Below are positions 57,882-64,000 of a stretch of 64,000 bases of DNA, one piece after another. This DNA comes from Eledone cirrhosa (lineage: Eukaryota): positions 12,462,001 to 12,526,000 of the forward strand of contig OZ024764.1 in the NCBI GenBank assembly GCA_964016885.1, in the 5' to 3' direction. A program made the translations under genes and the position numbers. How positions within the stretch are numbered: the first letter of the stretch is position 1; each line of letters starts with the position of its first letter. The notes under the pieces are model-generated. The model was given only the letters and a program-made list of their open reading frames with translations, had not been told where the DNA came from and did no database searches.

Positions 57882-59286
57882 GTGGAAGCACGGCCTAGAA
57901 TCAAAAGGCCTTAAAATTAACCTGGCTAAGACTAAAGTTCTAGTTTGTAGGAAAGAAAATAAGGCGGCGGTCCCATCGGGGAAATGGCCATGCTCAGTGT
58001 GTAGGAAAGGCGTAGGTAGAAACTCCATTTTATGTCCCAAATGCAAAGTATGGGTGCATAAAAGATGTAGTGGGATCACAGGTAAGCTAACTAAGAACAT
58101 AGATTTTACATGTGGCCGGTGCTCTGGTGCAATAAGTAGCAGCAAGTGCCCACAAAATACTAGCTCCTTCAACTGCGCAGAGGGTTCTATAGAAATAGTG
58201 GACAGCTTCCGTTATCTGGGTGACAAAATCAGCAGTGGGGGAGGGTGCTCTGAAAGTACAGTAGCTAGAGTCAGAACTGGATGGAAAAAGTTCAGAGAGC
58301 TTATACCACTATTAGCCGCTAGAGGGTTCTCCCTAAAAATGAAAGGCAGGTTGTACGATGCCTGCATACGAACAGCAATGCTGCATGGCAGTGAGACCTG
58401 GGCATTGTGTGCAGAGGATATACGCAGACTAGAGAGGAACGAAGCTTGCATGCTCCGCTGGATGTGCAATAGTAATATACGTGAACGGCAAAGCATAAAC
58501 GAACTAAGGAAAAAATTAGAAATAAGAGGGATCAGATGTTGTTTACTCGAGAGAAGGCTACGTTGGTACGGTCACGTGATGCGCATGAAAGACGACAGCT
58601 GTATAACAAAGTGCAGGGCAATAAAGATAGACGGTAGCCACGGAGTAGGCAGACCCAGAAAAACATGGGACGAGCTGATAAATTCCGACCTCACACGCTT
58701 ACACCTCTCCAAGACAATGTCACTGGACCGAGACCTTTGGCGGTACTCAGTAATAGAGAAGACCCGCCTTACCTAAATACAAAGTAAAAACCTACTACAG
58801 TCAGTAGGCACCTCTATCAAAACACACCCCCGTCCCACCACCTCCACCCCACCCACACCGCCCCTTTCAATGTAAAGTTATGTTGGTCCCACAACATCCA
58901 GGCCGAAACAAATGAGATCGTGTAGGTGTCACGACAAAAAACACACAGTCCACGCTGTAAATGTGGCCGTGTAGGCAACACGGTAAAAACCTCCCAGCCC
59001 CACACTGTAAATGTGGTTGGTGTTAGGAAGGGCATCCAGCTGTAGAAAACCCGCCAGACAGTCCACGCTGTAATGTGGCCGTGTAGGCAACACGGTAAAA
59101 ACCTCCCAGCCCCACACTGTAAATGTGGTTGGTGTTAGGAAGGGCATCCAACTGTAGAAAACCCGCCAGACAGTCCTATGCGAGCAAGACAACCACTCTT
59201 GCCTCAAGTGGGAAAACCCCCGTCCAAACCCATGCAAGCGTGGAACACGGACGCTAAACCTGATGATGATGATGATGATGATGATG

Positions 59287-59290
<4 letters not shown>
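57880..59290 (+). mobile_element. 5'-truncated RTE LINE: open C-terminal ~298 codons, 3' UTR with a ~113-bp duplication, (GAT)n tail
   Basis: [52 protein letters not shown]; starts abruptly at the end of (TA)n. Confidence 0.93.
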
Positions 59291-59323
<33 letters not shown>

Positions 59324-59862
59324 CATATATATATACACACACATATATACATATATATATACATATATACATACATATATACATAAATACATACATATAC
59401 ACACACATATACATACATAAACACAAGCCAACAAGCCAACACATAAATATAGACACAATCACACGCAAAGAGACCTTCACATCGTATAAACTTTCCATGA
59501 AAATGTTATATTATATTCCAATATGTCTGAAAAACCATATTTAATATGAGTGAAATTTAAATGCAACATGGCTACCTAAGATTAGCAAACACAGCGGCCA
59601 TATTGGTGAATTGGATTCAGTTACATAACATTTATTTATCTTAAAATATTAGCTTCTCAATAAATTAATATTTAATCTAAATATAATATGATATCTCCCA
59701 TATAGGAATATATATATTTATATTTATATATATATATATATATATATATTTAAATATAAATATTTGTGTGTGTGGAAAATATCAATATGTGAACATATAT
59801 ATTTCTCTCTCTCTCTATATATATATAAATATATGTATGTATAAATATGTATGTAGATATAA

Positions 59863-59935
<73 letters not shown>

Positions 59936-60129
59936 CATACATATATATATATATACATACACACATATATATATACATACACACATATATATATATACAT
60001 ACATATACATACATATATATATACATACACATATATATATATACATACACATATATATATATATACATATGTATGTATATGTATGTATATATATGTATAT
60101 ATATATGTGTGTATGTATATATATATATG

Positions 60130-60165
<36 letters not shown>

Positions 60166-60388
60166 CCTATATTTATATATATATACATACATATATTTAT
60201 ATATATGTATGTATATGTATGTATAAATATATATATATACATACATAAATATATATATATATATATGTATATATATGTATGTATATATATGTATATATAT
60301 GTATGTATACATATATGTATATATATATAAATATATATACATACATATATACATATATATATACATATATATACACATACATATTTAC

Positions 60389-60443
<55 letters not shown>

Positions 60444-60833
60444 TGTGTGTGTAACTAAGAACTTGTCATTATGATGGAAAAGCCTAAAATTTATAAAACA
60501 TTTTCTCTGTAGATTAACCACAACTAATTTGTATTGAGTACTTACTGAAACTTTGTCTTGTTTGTCCTTCATTTTGGAACAACCAATACACACACGCATA
60601 TATATAATATATGTACATGCACATGTATATGCCTGTTTGTGTGTATATATATATATATATATACACACATCTATGTGCGTGTTTGTGTGTGTATATATAT
60701 ATATATACACACACACATATATATATACACACACACATCTATGTGCGTGTTTGTGTGTGTGTGTATATATATATACACACATATATATACACACACACAC
60801 CTATATCTATATATATATATACACACACACACA

Positions 60834-60878
<45 letters not shown>

Positions 60879-60958
60879 GTGTGTGTGTATATATATATAT
60901 ATACACACATATATATATATATACACCCACACACACACCTATATATATATACATATAT

Positions 60959-60996
<38 letters not shown>

Positions 60997-61050
60997 CTAT
61001 GTGCGTGTTTGTGTGTGTGTGTATATATATATACACACACATATATATAT
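59290..61050. repeat. (TA)/(CA) microsatellite field
   Basis: Direct inspection. Confidence 0.9.
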
Positions 61051-62907
61051 AGTGTGGTGTATATATATATACATTGTGGTATATTATATAAGGACAGCAA
61101 TGTGTTCAGCTGTGGTGGAACCACATCTAGCCAAGCTTTGTAACTGACACTCTTGTGGACACGACAAGAAGACTCTCATTTATTCTTGTATATATATAGT
61201 GTATATATAATGTTGTGTATATAGTGTGGTGTATATATATATATATTGTGGTATATTATATAAGGACAGCAATGTGTTCAGCTGTGGTAGAACCACATCT
61301 AGCCAAGCTTTGTAACTGACACTCTTGTGGACACGACAAGAAGACTCTCATTTATTCTTGTATATATATAGTGTACATATAATGTTGTATGTATAGTGTG
61401 GTGTATATAGTATATATATATATTGTGGTATATTATATAAGGACAGCAATGTGTTAAGCTGTGGTGGAACCACATCTAGCCAAGCTTTGTAGCTGACACT
61501 CTTGTGGACACGACAAGACTCTCATTTATTCTTGTATATATAATGTTGTATATATAGTGTGGTGTATATATATATATATATTGTGGTATATTATATAAGG
61601 ACAGCAATGTGTTCAGCTGTGGTAGAACCACATCTAGCCAAGCTTTATAACTGACACTCTTGTGGACACGACAAGAAGACTCTCATTTATTCTTGTATAT
61701 ATATAGTGTATATATAATGTTGTGTATATAGTGTGGTGTATATATATATATATATTGTGGTATATTATATAAGGACAGCAATGTGTTCAGCTGTGGTAGA
61801 ACCACATCTAGCCAAGCTTTATAACTGACACTCTTGTGGACACGACAAGAAGACTCTCATTTATTCTTGTATATATATAGTGTATATATAATGTTGTGTA
61901 TATAGTGTGGTGTATATATATATATATATTGTGGTATATTATATAAGGACAGCAATGTGTTCAGCTGTGGTAGAACCACATCTAGCCAAGCTTTATAACT
62001 GACACTCTTGTGGACACGAAGAGAAGACTCTCATTTATTCTTGTATATATATAGTGTAAATATAATGTTGTATATATAGTGTGGTGTATGTATATATATA
62101 TATATATGTATATATTGTGGTATATTATATAAGGACAGCAATGTGTTCAGCTGTGGTAGAACCACATCTAGCCAAGCTTTATAACTGACACTCTTGTGGA
62201 CACGAAGAGAAGACTCTCGTTTATTCTTGTATATATGTAGTGTATATATAATGTTGTGTATATATGTGGTGTATATATATATATATATTGTGGTATATTA
62301 TATAAGGACAGCAATGTGTTCAGCTGTGGTAGAACCACATCTAGCCAAGCTTTGTAGCTGACACTCTTGTGGACACGAAGAGAAGACTCGTTTATTCTTG
62401 TATATATATAGTGTATATATAATGTTGTATATATAGTGTGGTGTATATATATATATACATTGTGGTATATTATATAAGGACAGCAATGTGTTAAGCTGTG
62501 GTAGAACCACATCTAGCCAAGCTTTGTAACTGACACTCTTGTGGACACGACAAGAAGACTCTCGTTTATTCTTGTATATATGTAGTGTATATATAATGTT
62601 GTGTATATATGTGGTGTATATATATATATATATTGTGGTATATTATATAAGGACAGCAATGTGTTCAGCTGTCGTAGAACCACATCTAGCCAAGGTTTGT
62701 AACTGACACTCTTGTGGACACGAAGAGAAGACTCTCATTTATTCTTGTATATATGTAGTGTATATATAATGTTGTATACATAGTGTGGTGTATATAGTAT
62801 ATATATATATTGTGGTATATTATATAAGGACAGCAATGTGTTCAGCTGTCGTAGAACCACATCTAGCCAAGCTTTGTAACTGACACTCTTGTGGACACGA
62901 AGAGAAG
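61050..62907. repeat. ~175-bp tandem repeat, 11 copies, with a variable internal (TA)n
   Basis: AAGGACAGCAATGTGTTCAGCTGTGGTAGAACCACATCTAGCCAAGCTTT at ~61090, 61262, 61439 and onward to 62826. Confidence 0.95.
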
Positions 62908-64000
62908 AAAAATTATAGATATGACTTCCTCTTTTGACATGGGACTAAATGATAAAGGAAAAGACAAGAAAAACTACTACAATGATCTGAAAGTATGGAG
63001 GGGTGACGTATATAAAGTAATATTGGTACCAGTAATTATAGGGGTCTTGGGATGGGTAACAGAGGGGTGACATATATAAAGTAATATTGGTACCAGTAAT
63101 TATAGGGGTCTTGGGATGGGTAACAGAGGGGTGACATATATAAGGTAATATTGGTACCAGTAATTATAGGGGTCTTGGGATGGGTAACAGAGGGGTGACA
63201 TATATAAGGTAATATTGGTACCAGTAATTATAGGGGTCTTGGGATGGGTAACAGAGGGGTGACATATATAAAGTAATATTGGTACCAGTAATTATAGGGG
63301 TCTTGGGATGGGTAACAGAGGGGTGACGTATATAAGGTAATATTGGTACCAGTAATTATAGGGGTCTTGGGATGGGTAACAGAGGGGTGACGTATATAAG
63401 GTAATATTGGTACCAGTAATTATAGGGGCCCTGGGATGGGTAACAGAGGGGTGACATATATAAAGTAATATTGGTACCAGTAATTATAGGGGTCTTGGGA
63501 TGGGTAACAGAGGGGTGACATATATAAAGTAATATTGGTACCAGTAATTATAGGGGTCTTGGGATGGGTAACAGAGGGGTGACGTATATAAAGTAATATT
63601 GGTACCAGTAATTATAGGGGCCCTGGGATGGGTAACAGAGGGGTGACATATATAAAGTAATATTGGTACCAGTAATTATAGGGGTCTTGGGATGGGTAAC
63701 AGAGGGGTGACATATATAAAGTAATATTGGTACCAGTAATTATAGGGGTCTTGGGATGGGTAACAGAGGGGTGACGTATATAAAGTAATATTGGTACCAG
63801 TAATTATAGGGGCCCTGGGATGGGTAACAGAGGGGTGACATATATAAAGTAATATTGGTACCAGTAATTATAGGGGTCTTGGGATGGGTAACAGAGGGGT
63901 GACATATATAAAGTAATATTGGTACCAGTAATTATAGGGGTCTTGGGATGGGTAACAGAGGGGTGACATATATAAAGTAATATTGGTACCAGTAATTATA
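62908..64000 (+). mobile_element. R4/Dong-like RLE C-terminal remnant running into a 64-bp tandem array (62998 to the window end, >15 copies)
   Basis: IIDMTSSFDMGLNDKGKDKKNYYNDLKVW..KVILVPVIIGVLG resembles IID..P.D....KE.EK..KY.DL....VPV.IGALG. Confidence 0.7.

Noticed and set aside
61050-62907. CRISPR-like constant/variable alternation (also 5010-5630)
   Set aside because: The variable parts are TA-length variants of one sequence, not unique spacers; no cas genes; eukaryotic context

Overview
Eukaryotic, AT-rich, repeat-saturated DNA. The (TA)n/(CA)n tracts, RTE LINEs with (GAT)n tails and tRNA-derived SINEs resemble an octopod genome (inference). No intact host gene is supportable, and nearly all listed ORFs are simple-repeat artefacts. 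Contents: (1) one near-full-length but disrupted RTE LINE (24.2-27.55 kb) plus fragments of RTE, BovB-like RTE, CR1/L2, CRE-like, HERO-like and R4-like retroelements and SINEs; (2) about 15 unrelated tandem arrays with 30-175 bp units, many of which are in-place amplifications of a short internal piece of a decayed transposon, with the host element continuing collinearly on both sides; (3) nested direct and inverted segmental duplications across 1-31 kb; (4) several families of short elements, mostly in TA microsatellites, carrying hammerhead-ribozyme (HHR) folds typical of Penelope-like pseudo-LTRs. Two HHR copies have complete cores with a compensatory base change, and several others form foldback palindromes centred inside the ribozyme stems. 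All identifications were made by eye, without database searches.
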